The position numbers and the translations under genes were made by a program. A stretch of DNA of 64,000 nucleotides from NCBI RefSeq assembly GCF_006345805.1, contig NC_043005.1:68014001-68078000 (forward strand), in the 5' to 3' direction. The notes beneath the pieces were generated by a model, which ran no database searches, had not been told where the DNA came from, and was given only the letters and a program-made list of their open reading frames with translations. Source of the stretch: Octopus sinensis. Lineage: Eukaryota. Of this stretch, positions 26,979 through 40,946 are shown in pieces; the first letter of the stretch is position 1; every line of letters begins with the position of its first letter.

Positions 26979-28227
26979 TAGTAATTAAAACCGTGTCTTG
27001 AAATCACTTTTATATTTCCTTTACTGTAGAAACCCTTGGTGGATCTGTGTACAGGAGAAATAGATAGTTTCTTAGAAAAATGAAGCCCTGTAGAGTGTGC
27101 TCCAGGCAAGAGAAGACTACTGAATCTCAACCATGAAAGCTTGTTCTTTTTCTTAGTCTAAATTTCCTATATATCATTAATCAACCATTTGTTATTCGAT
27201 CTTTTTGTTGTAACATTACAAACAATTCGATCAATGTTGTTACATTTAATAGAATGTTTATGTATTTTTGGCTGTGGTTGAATATCATTTATAATAATGC
27301 ACATTAATAGGAAATGGAAATTGTTCTTTCATTAGTATACAAACTTATAAAAAAAAATATTTCAGTAATAAAACAATTTTTAACAATCCTGAGCCCCATT
27401 AGTTTCCCTAGGTTCTGTAGTATGGTTATTGTGGGCCAGTGTAGTGTGTCACAATTGGAATGTAGTTTATTGAAGAAATTTTTCTCTTTCCAAAAGAAAG
27501 GTAATAGCACTAAATACTATGTTATATTAGAATTACTTCCCTTGGATTATAATTGGAACATGCACGTTATTCCATTAGATTCTTGTCTCATGTAATGTGT
27601 CTTTCCTAAATCTTTGTGCTACTTTGGTGCCATTATTTCTGCAAGTCACAAGCCAAATAACTTTACAAATGTTCCCGTATTAATTTTAATATTTCTTTTG
27701 TTAAGTTTTTGATAACTGAAATGTTTATATTAGAAACGAAATTCATTAAAAAGTATTGGCATTTTATTAAGTTATTGAAATCCTTTCATTGACTGCAGTG
27801 GTTGTTTGATTCAGTGGCCATTTCTTGTAACTGTAGTGTAAAATAGATGAAAAATATTTATATGTTCTTGGATGTCAGACTATTGCATGTGAACTTCTAG
27901 GAGATTGATTTGAATATCAGTGTTACAAGCTAATGACCCACTCATCAGTACTGCATTCAGCTGTGAATGATGCACATCTGTGGTACTTTCTTCCAGCTTG
28001 GTGGATTATTCTGTCCAAAGTCATTTCCTTGCTCATGGATACATCTTAATGCTGGTAACAACTTGTAATCTGTAGGCAACTGAGATGATTGTCTGGTACC
28101 CTATTGACTTTGCTATCCGCATCTTGTCTTGATAGTAAGATATTTTAAACAGAAACTGAGCTGTAATTGTTGATGCTATCAGCACCTTGTAAAATTGTGA
28201 TTCTAGTTTTGAAGTATACTAGAACAT

Positions 28228-28420
28228 ATGTCATCATCATTGTTCGACCGTGGTCGAGGCAATGGAATTTACTATGTTACGCCAGACTTTACAGTCCATC
28301 ATAGCATTACGGAGGTCCTGTTGCTGGATGCCTGTATCCCTGGAGATTACATCAGGGTAGGAGAGTGCATGTCCTCTGGTATCGCAAGCAGATGGCTTCC
28401 AGAGGAAGAACATATGTAGG
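28228..28420 (-). mobile_element. RTE-X-like LINE 3' fragment
   Basis: LLWKPS...YPDVISRDTG...AMMDCKVWRNIV then (GAT)n. Confidence 0.6.
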
Positions 28421-30052
28421 AATATTTCAATTACAGATCATTAAGGAACTACTGATTTTGGCATGCTATTTTCACCCCTTTTTAATCTAAGTTATACAAA
28501 GTACATTTTCATTCATAACATTTATATTTAACAGGCAGCTTGTATAAATATAGATTATTTGAAACATTTGTCAGAGGAATGTTATTAACTGACAGTGAAA
28601 GATCTGAAGATATAAACATAAGATGATCAATATTTGTTTAGATATGCTGTGTCAAACATAGAGACAAATTGAATTTGCATAATTGATGATGTATTGAAAA
28701 ATTAAATGGCCTGGCAATTACAGTAGAGAATATCATGAGTTTGGAGGAAAATGATTATGGTGGTATGAAACCTCTTCCATTTTAATGTTTGAGGGTTGGA
28801 GACCCTGGCTAAAGCCATGATATACAGAAGCAGACATATGGCTGAAACTAGTGAGGTTGATCTACAAGAGACTCCCATACAAGTTGAACTTTGCTCTGCA
28901 GGTCAGTGCTGTTGAGCGCCAAGCAGTTTAGCTGTAAGCAATAGTTACAGGGGTTTAGCTATTTATCTGTTATTCTAGATATTCATAGTTATTGGATAAT
29001 ATAGCCTAACTTTTGTAAGTTGACATGATATCGATATTTCTGAGTTGTATTTATTTAGTAAGTGACTTAAATACATCAATATGCAATACACATGGGGAAA
29101 ATAGAAAGAGAGGAATTGAATTTGAAAGTGATTATAAACAGGTTCAAATTTTAGCAAAATTAATCAATGTGTAGAGAAAATGTGTTTACATATTAAACTG
29201 ATAATGCTGAAAGTAAAGAAGAAAATAAACAAATAAGAGAAATGAAAAGGAAATGAAAGGAAGGAAAAGCATGATGATAGAAAAGAAATGAAATTTCTAA
29301 AAACACCTCAGTGACTGATTTCCAGTAGATACATTGGAATTGTGTCAGCAAGCAAGTGGTACAAATGCGATGAAACCTTTTCACACTTTATAATATACTT
29401 GACTATTAGGAAATATATGGAAAGTGATTATAACAGTCCTGAGGTCAATTTGTTCAACTGAAACCCTTCAAGGTGGTGCTCCAGCATGTCTGCAGTTAAA
29501 TGACTGAAATGAGTAAAAAATAAAAGAATGTGTGTGTGTGTGTGTATACTTATGTATATACAGGGTGTTTGGCCTAAATTTGACAGTTTGCATAAAAAGA
29601 AATGCAAACTTAATATACCGTCCAAAAATAAAATTATTTGAAAAAATCCAAATATCAACTAGATCGAGCGAGGTCATTGCCAGTGCCTCTGGACTGGCTC
29701 TTGTGCAGGTGGCACATAAAAAACACCATTTGGGCATGGCTATTGCCAGTACCGCCAGACTGGCCCTCGTGCCAGTGGCATGTAAAAGCACCCACTTAAC
29801 TCTCAGAGTGGTTGGCGTTAGGAAGGGCATCCAGCTGTAGAAACGCTGCCAGACCGGACAGGAGCCTGGTGCAGCCACTGGTTCTCCAGACCTCAGTCAA
29901 ATCGTCCAAACCATGCTAGCATGGAAAGCAGACGTTAAACGATAATGATGATGATGATGGTGATGATAATGATTTCCATGTTTTTGACTTGTTAAAAATG
30001 AGTCTTCCACTCTGTTTCTCTTTGTGATTGATAACTTGTTTTATTGTTGCAG

Positions 30053-30120
30053 GAATTAGCTTCTCTTGGTTTGGATCGATTGAAGTCAGCTTTGATGGCC
30101 CTTGGTCTCAAGTGTGGTGG
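30053..30120 (+). CDS. SF3A3: SF3A3 exon, 68 nt: ELASLGLDRLKSALMALGLKCGG
   Basis: ttgcag| ... |gtgagt; SAP-like motif. Confidence 0.98.
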
Positions 30121-30604
30121 GTGAGTGTGCTTTTTTTTTTTGTATCTATTTCATAAAAATTCTTTCAACATCTATTTTTCTTTGCATTTGTTTCTTTTTG
30201 GTAATTGTACCAACTCATACCAGATCTTATTTGGCTTGTTCTTCATTGTCCACATTTCTGTACAATGGCTTGTCAGATGTTCCATTGCTAATTGAAAACT
30301 CAGAAGTCGGTAAATAGAAGGTCACAGACTACGTGCAATGTAAATATAAAGAATCTTTTTAACCTCAGTGGACGTTTAAGAATTGGTGCTGCAGCTTTAT
30401 AGTGTTGTTTGTGTATGAGGTAAATCTTCCTTTCGGCAAAATGTTGGATTTTGTGGCTTATGCCCTCATGTTCTTACTCCTGATCACTAAGTGTACTGAG
30501 GTGTGTATTACTCTGGTACATCATGAAACATATGTGGTGGAATTAAACTCATAAACTATGAGTTGATATTCCAATATTGCATCAGTTCAGTCATTTAATT
30601 TTTA

Positions 30605-30992
30605 GTGACTGTGTGGTAAGTAGCTTACTTACGAACCACATGGTCCCAGGGTTCAGTCCCACCGTGTGGCACCTTGGGTAAGTGTCTTCTACTATAGCCT
30701 TGGGCTGACCAAAGCCTTGTGAGTGGGTTTGGTAGATAGAAACTGAAAGAAGCCTGTCATATATATGTATATATATGTGTCTGTGTATATGTTTCTGTGT
30801 CTATGTTTGTCCCCCCAACATCGCCTGACAACCGATGCTAGTATGTTTACGTCCCTGTAACTTAGCTGTTCGGCAAAAGAGACTGATAGAATAAGTACTA
30901 GGCTTACAAAGAATAAGTCCTGTGGTTAATTTGCTTGACTAAAGGTGGTGCTCCAGCATAGTCACAGTCAAATGACTGAAACAAGTAAAAGA
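30605..30992 (+). mobile_element. tRNA-derived SINE family A
   Basis: gtgactgtgtggtaagtagc head to gaaacaagtaaaagag tail; more decayed or partial copies near 14615-14990, 24770-25200, 35400-35780, 47915-48100, 53478-53660. Confidence 0.88.
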
Positions 30993-31699
30993 GTACATAC
31001 TATTCGTGTCAATGTACTCAGCATCTTGTATGCAAGATGCTTTGTTTTGCATATTATAAAACAGACAAGACTTTACAATACAAGGGCATATAATATATGT
31101 AGCAATACCATCCTCATCTTAATGTTTGTTTTCTATGTTGGCAAAAGCACATTACATCCAGCTTTGCTTTACACGTTGGGTGAAACCTCACTTTGGTTCT
31201 GCTTTTCATACGGTTTAACATCTTAGATGGCCAATGGGTCATATTTGTCTTATTTTTTGCGAGTCTTCACGGGCTTTCTACATTTAATGTCCATATCTGT
31301 GGTGCTGGTGCAATGTAAAATGCATTTAGTCCACTCTGTAAGGCAACTGGTGCTAGGAAGGGCATCCAGCCATAAAAAAGGACATGCCAAAACAGATAGT
31401 GAAACCAGGTGCAGTCTTCTGGCTTGTAGCTCTTGTTAAACAATCCAACCCATGCCAGCATGGAAAACAAACATCGTGATGTTGTTAATGATGATGATGA
31501 TGATCATCATCATCATCTCACTACCAACCATGCAACCTTGCTCTTCTTAAACATGCTTTTCAGAGCTTTTATACAGAAAGAATAACATTTTGTTGCTAAA
31601 AGTGATAACACTTTGCTGAACTTCTTCCCCTTTGCTCAGATTACTATACTTTCACTATAGCCACTCCAACACTCATTAGATCTCATAGGTCACTGAAGC

Positions 31700-32900
31700 T
31701 ATGAATTGTGTTTAGTCAATTGTTTAGTAGTCCATGGACTTTATTTCATGGGGTTAACCACTTCCATGCATTTATCCCATCTGCCTGTCAGATGCCTTGC
31801 AAACGACTTGCACATGCAAGTGCTACCAGTCAAAAACTCTGCATACCAGAAGCCAGCAAGTGTATGGGGTCATCAGGAGAGAATGCACACTGTTTCGGGG
31901 CCTACCTCTTGACGGCATCAATGCACACCAGCCCCCTTCACTGATATGAGGCACTGCTTGCTAGATCAGCTGGTTATCAAACAAAGCTCAATACTAATGC
32001 ATTTTTTATGTATTCATTGCTTGCTTTCAGCATGCAGTATTTAGTTCTTATTGACTTTTTTTTGGAGTTGTTGAACTCAACATAGTTCTTCTAGATTTGT
32101 AGATTTGGAGCATTTTCTCAAAATCTTCAGTCATCAGCATGTAGAAGTTCTCAAGATAAAACACTCTTGAATTCTTAAATTCATTAACTTCAATGGACAC
32201 TGAGCTCTGGTTTATCTACCTGTTCATTAAATTCCTTGTTGAACTTGCAACCAATCTTAACTTCACTAACTGCAAACCAGTTAACCACACTTAACTTTCT
32301 GAATGTCCACAAGTCTGCAAATCATGTACCCTGTCACTGGTATAATCCAAATCAACAAATGTAAATTAGAATGGTTTGTTTTCAGCCAAGGACTTTCTTT
32401 TCTAGTTGTTGTTTTACTACAAAGATGGAATCCAGTTTTATTAATTAGTACAAATCCAAGCTCTATTTTATCCAAGCTAGCTTGTTGATACTCCCCTAAC
32501 TTTGCTAAATCTCATTCAGTTTCCTTGTAGTTTCGTTTTACCAGTTCTACTCTCAAGACATTGATTGTCCTGTGGTTATAGTAGACGATGTCCACATTGT
32601 CGCATAGTAAGATAGAACTCAAAAACCATGTGGCTACTAAGATAACTCTGTATTCACAGGATTATGACTGCACCCATTAGGACTAAAGAACCTTTTTTTT
32701 TTTGTTAATGATTTTCTTTAGGATGTCCAAATTCCTCAATGGGTCAACTACACAGTTTCTTGTTTTTTCGAATCGAGAGAAGGGGATAGCAAGATGGGTA
32801 GGTTATATGTCAGTACTACTGAAGGAGTGGGAGAATTACCAAGGCAGATTGGGTGGTCTAGTAGCAACATTAAAAGAAGTTGGAGGGTAAGTTCTGTGAC
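31700..32900 (-). mobile_element. heavily decayed non-LTR (RTE-like) relic
   Basis: EFKSVLS*ELLHADD and MEVV on - strand; boundaries approximate. Confidence 0.45.
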
Positions 32901-33159
32901 TCTCAGCAAGTACATGTGAGGTTCATTATTTAAAATGAAAGGGAAGACACTCCTTAGGGTTTATTGACACTTACTTGCAAATCACATAAAAAGATGAAAT
33001 TTATAGAAATTTATTCAAGATCACATATAACCAATAAATATTAACGGATTTGCATTTGAACCAACAAAGGACTTGGTGGTGACTTGATTTGCTAAGAATA
33101 ACAACCAAATCTCACTCAAATTATGCTTTATCATCTTAAAAATGGTAAAAATAGCTAGG

Positions 33160-34486
33160 TAACGGAAGCTGCCAAGTCAGTAATGGGGGTGGATGCTCTG
33201 AGAGCGTAGCTGCTAGAATAAGAATAGCCTGGGCAAAGTTCAGAGAGCTCCTACCTCTGCTGGTAATAAAGGGTCTCTTGCTCAGAGTGAAAAGTAGACT
33301 GTATGATGCCTATATGTGGACAGCCATGCTACATGGCAGTGAAACATGGACTGTGACTGCTGAAGACATACGTAGGCTTGAAAGAAATGAAGCTAGCTCT
33401 ATTCTACTGGATGTGTAATGTTAGTGTGCATACACAACAGAATATAAGCATCCTGAGAGAAAAGTTGGACATAGGAAGTATCAGATGTGATGTGCAAGAG
33501 AGACGGTCGCATTGGTGTGGTCATGTGCTGTGTATGGATGAGGACAGCTGTGAAGAAGTGTCATACCCTAACAATGCAGGGAACTCTTGGAAGAGGTAGA
33601 CCCAGGAAGACACGGGATGAGATGGTGAAGCATGATGATCGAATGTTGAGCCTCAGAGAGGCAATGACAAGCAACTGAGATTTTTGGAGATATGCTGTGC
33701 TTGAGAAGACCTGGCAAGCAAAGTGAGATCGTAGTAGTCGCATAACTGGCCCACTTAAAAGCTCCCTTCAATCATCAGGCAATATGCCGTGCTTGTGAAG
33801 ACCTGTTGAACCAAGTGAAATTATAGTTGTGTCTGATGTCAGTGCCACCTGACTGGCATGTAAAAAGCACCATTTGAGTGTGACCAATGCCAGTGCTGCC
33901 CGACTGGCACCTGTGCTGGTGGTACATAAAAAGCATAGTTCAAGCGTGGCTGATGCCAGTGCTGCCTGACTGACACTCGTGCTGGTGGCACATAAAAAGC
34001 ACCATTCAAGTATGGCCAGTGCCAGTGTTGCCTCACTGGCACCCATGCTGGTGGCACATAAAAAGCATGATTTGAGTGTGGATGTTGCCAGTGCCGCTTG
34101 ACTGGCACCTGTGCTGGTGGCATCTAATAAGCATCATTCAAGCATGGCCGATGCCAGTGCCACCTGACTGGCATGTAAAAAGTACCATTCGAGGATGACC
34201 GATACCAGTACTGCTTGATTGGCACCTCTGCTGGTGGCACATATAAATCACCATTCGAGCGTGGTTGATACCAGTGCCACCTGACTGGCTCCCATGCCAG
34301 TGACATGTAAAAAGCATCCACTACACTCTCGGAGTGGTTGGCATTAGGAAGGGCATCCAGCTTTAGAAACCTTGCCAAATCAGATTGAAGACTGGTGCAG
34401 CCTCCTAGCTTGCCAGTCCTCAGTCAAACTGTTCAACCCATGCCAGCTTGGCAAGCGGACATTAAACGATGATGATGATGATGATA
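33160..34486 (+). mobile_element. 5'-truncated RTE LINE copy, same family, decayed, with eight 3' UTR tandem repeats
   Basis: ARIRIAWAKFRELLPLL, AMLHGSETW, GRGRPRKT; ends ttaaacgat(gat)n. Confidence 0.92.
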
Positions 34487-35855
34487 CATTATATAATATA
34501 GTCCTGGATATTCTATTTTTGAAAACAAGGCAGAATGTGGTCATAACTAGAATACCTTTGATCGTAGGTCTTCTCAGTCAGGCATGACCAAGGGCTAAAC
34601 ATAAAACATTAAGAATGTTATTCTTGCAATGATCAAGAGAGTATATAATATGTAACTATGGATTAGTGGTGTAAACAGTTTGGTATCTTGATATCTTCCT
34701 GATCTTGCCCTTTCCATTGACTATTTGGTTTCTCCTCCCTGTAGACTAATTCAAATAAGTTGCAGCAGTATCCTGACCTTGATTCAACCGACTTCACTCT
34801 TCCTTCTTTATAAACATTGGCATTTTTTGATGACCTAATGGAAATCATTATGGTTATGGGTATGAGAGAGAAAGGGAGAAAGAGAGAGAGAGAGAGAGAT
34901 TGAATTATGTAGATTGCTTTTTGTTTAGACAATGAGCATTCAGTTGTTCAACCAACTGAATTAGTGTGTAAATGGCTGAGTATTTCACAGACATGTTCCC
35001 TTTATGTTATTCTCAGATAAAATCAGTATAACACAGTGTATGGCATGGTCAGGCCATGCCTTTGAATCTCAAGGTTTGTGCTGACTTGAGACTATGAGGA
35101 AAGAGATCTACTCAAAGATGCTCCTCTATGGGATCAAACCCGAGGATTTGTCAATATGTAGCAAACATTTTAAGCATTTGGTCATGCCCTGATTATAGAG
35201 CTGAAGTCCTGCTTTACTGATTGTACCACCATCAAAAAAGACTATGTAGTCATTAAACCTGCTAGAAATAGCAGCCACAGCCTCTCCCCAAATTAGACAA
35301 CAATAATCATGAGTTTGCATTATGCTTGGTTGTTACTATTATATGCAGAATATTACATCCTCCGTGCCTTAATTTACCTAGTTGTGGAAATATATTTCAG
35401 GCATGACTATGTGTGTGGTAAGAAGCTTGTTTCCCAACCACATGGCTCCAGGTTCAGTTTCACTTTTGCAAGTGTCTTCTATGATAGCCTTGGGCTGACC
35501 AAAGCCTTGTGATTAGATTTAATAGATGGAAACTGAAAGAAGTCGTATCTATATGTTTGTATATGTGTGTGTGTGTGTCCATCCTCCAGTACCTCTTGGT
35601 GACTAGTGTTGGGATGATTATGTCCCTGTAACTTAGCAGTTCGGCAAAAGAGACCAACAGAATAAGTACCAGGCTTAACAAAATGTAAGTCGTGGAGTTG
35701 ATTCATTCCACTAAAATTCTTCAAGGTGGTGCCCCAGCATGGCCTCAGTCTAATGACTGAAATAAGTAAAAGATAAATGGTAAAATATTGAAAATGTTAT
35801 TGGCAGTGGACTATCATATTTATTGGTGGAAGAGAAATATATCTCTAATCTGATT

Positions 35856-36160
35856 GTTTTGTTGTTCCTTCTCGAGCCATGCCTGGCCCATAAGGGCTGG
35901 TTTCCCAGTTTCCTTGGCGTATAAGTTCCCCACCTGGATGGGATGCCGGTCTGTCGCAGGTGAGCTGCAAGATGCAGGAGGAAAGAGTGAGAAAAAGTTG
36001 TGGCGAAAAAGTCAGCAAAAGTTCGCCATTACCTTCTGCCGGAGCTGCGTGGAGCTTAGGTGTTTCGCTCATAAATACACACATCGCCCAGTCTGAGATT
36101 CGAACCCGCGATCTCTTGATCACGAGTCCGCTGCTCTAACCACTAAGCCATGTGCCTCCA
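35856..36160 (-). mobile_element. tRNA-derived SINE family B with 13-bp TSD
   Basis: ctctaatctgatt at 35843-35855 and 36161-36173; related copies near 40405-40700 and 57075-57480. Confidence 0.88.
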
Positions 36161-36663
36161 CTCTAATCTGATTAACCCAGTGTGATTAACTGCTGTGAAG
36201 CAGCGTTCCCATTAACCCTCCGGAGCTTTTTGCATACTTTTTAATCCTTCATGACCATTTAACTTTCATTTTTCATGCTGGTATGGGTAGTATGGTTTAA
36301 CAAGCGCTGGTAAGCCAAAGGTCTATCCCAAGCTCTAATATCTGGTTTGCCTTGGTCTCCCAGCTTACAGTAGATGGCATTATGCCTAGTTTTGAGAGGT
36401 TAAATATGATAGAAAGATGGGAACAGGCGTTTTGCAGTAAGGGAGGTACATAGTTACCCCCACCACTTTTTGAAACACTTTCTGCTCTCTGATACACTTT
36501 CTCTATACATTACTTCCAATTTTTCAAACTGTTCACATTTTCTACCCATGAAAGTTCCTATGATTATAGAAAATCATTATTCTCTTTTGATTTGAAAATG
36601 TCTGATACTGACAGCTTTCTCTTGCCTTATTTACAATATATGTAGTTTTTTTTTTCTCCATAG

Positions 36664-36775
36664 ATTAACAATTTTCCATAAATTTCGTTTGTTTACAAGG
36701 TAAAATTCTTTACAAATTACAATTCTAATTTATCCATTTCTGATAATTAGACTTTGGAAAAATTTTTTAAGAGAG
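36664..36775 (+). other. candidate alternative exon: 36 nt in frame (to 36699) or 112 nt with an in-frame TAA
   Basis: long T tract ctccatag acceptor; donors AAG|gtaaaa and GAG|gtgtta; RLF at the same offset as in the canonical exon. Confidence 0.3.
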
Positions 36776-37096
36776 GTGTTACAAGTGACAATCTTGAGTC
36801 TGCTGTATGTACATTGTACTTATTTTATCAAACCCTAGCAGGATGAGTTGACTGCATTTAGACTTGAACTCAGAATGTAGAGGGATGATTTATTTAACCA
36901 GTACTTAATGTTTTTCTTTTTTGTTTATTTCATATTTGTTTTTACTCAGCAGCTTTTTTTTTTTGCTTATAGCTCAATTTCAATGATTATTAACTTTATT
37001 GTGAGAATTGTTAAAAAATTTAGATCTGAAAAAAAAAATGTTTACTCATTGTAGTAATAGTAAGATTTCTCAAAATGTATTCTTTTGTATTTTCAG

Positions 37097-37207
37097 TACT
37101 TTAGAACAAAGAGCACAACGTCTGTTCAGTACCAAAGGACTTCAGTTAGAAGATCTTGATCCATCTTTGTTTGCTAAATCAAAACCTGGTAAAACTGGTA
37201 AAAACAG
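37097..37207 (+). CDS. SF3A3: SF3A3 exon, 111 nt: TLEQRAQRLFSTKGLQLEDLDPSLFAKSKPGKTGKNR
   Basis: ttttcag| ... |gtaagc; TLExRAQRLFSTKG motif. Confidence 0.98.
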
Positions 37208-38014
37208 GTAAGCGTTTGTTGATGTTTTTCTTCTATTAGACACCTCATACAAACTTCAGTTCCAATGTAGAAGTTTTTAAAATCTACCTGTATATTGTAC
37301 CCATTGTTGTCAGGCATTTAACTCACCTGAACATGAAGAGTGATGTGTATGAATCCTATAAGCTAGTTGTTGAGGTGTAGAGACATCATTCAAAAACTTT
37401 CTCTTCAAGTAGTCAGCATCACCATCGTTTAACGTCCGCTTTCCATGCTAGCATGGGTTGGACGATATTAACTGAGAGCTGGTAAACCAGATGGCTGCAC
37501 CAGGCTCCAATCTTGATCTGGCAGAGTTTCTACAGCTGGTTGCCCTTCCTAATGTTAGGTTACATTACTATTTTTATCATTAGTAAGTTTGCATAACTGA
37601 GGAGTGAATCACTTTGTATTAATTCACTTGAGGAAAATGAAAATACGAGAATCTGATAGAAGCTATTTTTGTATCTTTTCCAAGCTCATTAATCCTTATT
37701 GAAACCAGTGGATGTGAGGTTAAGATTGGGTGATAGCCTTAATCAGAGACCCACTTTCAGAACATAGCTGGACCCTAGAATACTTTTAGTGTAGTCTACT
37801 CTGTTACATGTATACAGACTAGGTTTCTGGCCTGGAGATAACACGAATTGTAGTTTCTTCCTCATATTTAGTCTCGGAAGCCTTTGCAAAAAAGCTTGTG
37901 TGTTGCCCTTTCTCTTCTGATTATGTCATAAAAATTAATTAACCACTAGTAATGAGTTCCAACTTTTTCTGTTACTAACTTATTTATATTTTGAATAGTT
38001 GTTATAAAAAATAA

Positions 38015-38310
38015 AAATGATGAAATTACTGTGTATAGTGCTCAGATGCACTACAACCCATCAAAGAGGCATGTATAGTACTTAGAATTATGTACAGAAG
38101 TCAGGAAAGTGAACAGTGTATAAGTGTGTGCATGCGTATGGAGTAGGGGATATCAGGTGTAGTGTTGGCGAATTTCAGGAAGCATGAAGGTTTTAAAGGA
38201 TGGAATGTCTTGGCAACTAACAACTGATGCAGGTTGTTTGTTCCATGCTTCAGCAACTCTGAGTGTGAAAAAATGTTTCTGAAAGTCATGGGAGCTGGAT
38301 TCCATCTTCA
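38015..38310 (-). mobile_element. CR1-type LINE 3' fragment, second copy
   Basis: HFFTLRVAEAWNKQPASVVSCQDIPSFK. Confidence 0.8.
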
Positions 38311-38779
38311 TAAATAAAAATGTTTTAATTATGTTGAATAACACTTCTAAAATTTATTTGTAATATCTCCATTAATAATTATGATAGTTTGGAGATGCAT
38401 GTAACAGTGTATCAGGAGTTTTGCATAAAATTTAAGTATGAAACATTATCTAAATATCTTTTATGTAATTTTTAGTCCTAAAAGTGTTCTTTAAATTAAT
38501 AAAGATTTTTTGGATTAACTTTGATACATTTTTTTATTGCTTTTCATCCTAATTTTTAAAGTACAATTGGTAAGGACCAGTTGTTTTTTTAAAAGTTAGT
38601 TATAAATTATATTTGAAAATTAAGGAATGTTGGTATTGTGGACTTCAGTTTACAGTAAAAATTTTATTTTTTGGTTCTTAACACTCATTATTTCAGCAAA
38701 TGACCCATTTATACATGAATCAATTATGTTAAAACTTTCATTCATCATCAGTCTTTTTTTTGTTTTTGTTTTTTGCTAT

Positions 38780-39520
38780 GTTTGTATGGTTAGACATGTC
38801 TTTGCCAGTTCAGTGTCTCGCTACTTGCTGTGATCCTTTGTCATCTTTCGGAGGTTTGGCCTCCTGGAAACAGGTCTCTTCACTATTTCCCCAAACTGTT
38901 TCTCTTCTGCAGATTCCTTCCACTTCAATTGTTTGGAACCTCTTTACCCAGCAGTCATCCTCTCTGTGCATCATATATTTGTACTAGCACAATGTCCTCT
39001 TTTGTACACTGAATCCGATTCCTTTCATATCCAGTTTGTTCTCTCAGCTCATTTCTGCTTTGTTGTTGATGCACACCAACATTACACACCCAGTGAAGCA
39101 TTCTCACTTTGTTTCTTTCAGCCTTCGCATATTTCTTTTTACATTTGTTACCTATGTTTTGCTATCATGCAACATCACACTCGATAAACAAACATCAAAC
39201 AACCTGTTCTTCACATGAAGAAAAAAAATCCCTTTGTTACCAATAGAAATAATAGCTTTCTAAATGTTTCCCCAACCATTATTACTCTGGCTTTCATATT
39301 TTTGGAGCCCTCACCTTCACTATCAATTGGTTCACCTGGATAAGAGAACCTCTCACATACTTCTATGAAGCCTTCCAAGCATATTAAAAATTTTATTTCA
39401 TTGATAATATGTTTATTATTATCTATTTCTGTGCATCTCTCACAAAGTTGTTTTCTGTCAGCCCACTTGTGGTCATATCCTTTCTACACCTGTAGTTTAT
39501 AATGATTCCACATACCTTCT
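38780..39520 (-). mobile_element. older decayed RTE copy
   Basis: - strand fragments WGxFRKLLFLLVTKG and VKNRLFDVCLSSVMLHDSKT align with the 51094-52703 ORF; boundaries approximate. Confidence 0.7.
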
Positions 39521-39727
39521 CTGTATTTCAAGTATAGTCCTTCCCATTTGACAGTGAAGTGGTTGGTGTTAGGAAGGGCATCCAGCTGGAGAAACAGATT
39601 GGGACCTGGTGCGGCCTCCTGGCTTGCCTGTCCCCAGTTAAACTGTCCAACCCACCCCAGCATGGAAAACGGACATTAAACAATGATGATGATGATATAT
39701 ATGTATGTGTATACAAACACACACATA

Positions 39728-39901
39728 CAAGGGGATGCTGTAAAGTTCCTGGTTTTAAAGGTGTTACCAAAGCCTGGTTGGAGGCCTGTCCTTCTGAGTT
39801 CTTCTACAGAGCTTAGAAAAACTGAAGGACCACTGCAATAATTAACTGATCCTCCTGTATTTTCTTTTATCCAAAGCCAGGAACTTTTCAGAACCCCCTC
39901 G
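39728..39901. mobile_element. mariner-type MITE
   Basis: TIR c(a/g)agggg..gctgaaaagttcctggcttt, TA flanks; inverted sister copy at 44283-44499. Confidence 0.8.
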
Positions 39902-40946
39902 TACATACATAAATATATATTTAGTGTTCCACATTGTCTTTCGTATTAAGTATGCTGTGTCCTGGTTTGCACTGTCCATTGAGTTTTATTCTAAGCATGG
40001 TAGTGTGCAATTTGAGGAAGACTTAGATACTAATTCTAACAAGCTGAATAGCCATGCAGAGGTTCTCTTATTGTCTAATGTTGGTAGTTTGTCTTTACTA
40101 TACTGCAAGGCTTACAACTGAATCAGTCAGTAATGTGTGTGAATGATAAACTACAAGCAGGAGATAAGGCGGTTCATATTCTGTCACTGGTGTTATTATA
40201 TGTCTTGCAAATATACATGACTTTCAAATAGCTCAGTCCATCTAGCTGTGAATAGATATTGGAGAAGGGTCCTGTTTATTGCTGTAAACAACAGAAAGAT
40301 TGTAAAGTTTCATTAGCTTGTAGTGTTGAGTCCATCTTCTTTTGTGAGTATTTATCTTTGAAAACGCTTGATTCTGGCAAGCTGGTTTGTCATTGTTTTC
40401 GTTTGTTCCTTCACGAGCCATGCCTGGCTCATAAGGGCTGGTTTTCTGGTTTCATTGGCGTCTAGATTCCCCACCTGGATGGAATGCTGGTCTGTCGCAG
40501 GTGAGCTGTTAGATGCAGGAGGAAAGAGTGAGAGAAAGTTGTGGTGAAATGGTCAGCAGAGGTTCGCCATTACCTTCTGCTGGAGCCACATGGAGCTTAG
40601 GTGTTTCGCCCATAAAGACACACATTCCTTAGTCTGTCATTTGAACCTGCAATCCCTTGACCACGAGTCCGCTACTGTAACCTCTAGGCCATGTGCCTCC
40701 ACAGCAAGTTCGTTTGCTTTCAATATTTTATTTAGAGATGAGGTCTTCATTTGTTCAACTCATTACATTGTGTGACTTATTTCCTATTTTGGAGTGCTTT
40801 AGAGGTAACAGTCTACCTGTAAGCACTCCAAAACAAAATTTTGTTGCTTTTCATATTTCACGAAACTCCCACTGCTCTTAATATGTATGTTACAGTTTAT
40901 TGACTATATGTCAGTGTATTTTTGATGTGATCCTTTTTGCTTTCAG

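Noticed and set aside
33768-34378. CRISPR-like array or repeat-protein ORFs
   Set aside because: Units are contiguous with no unique spacers, lie in a LINE 3' UTR of a eukaryote, and the ORFs only reflect the 66-bp period
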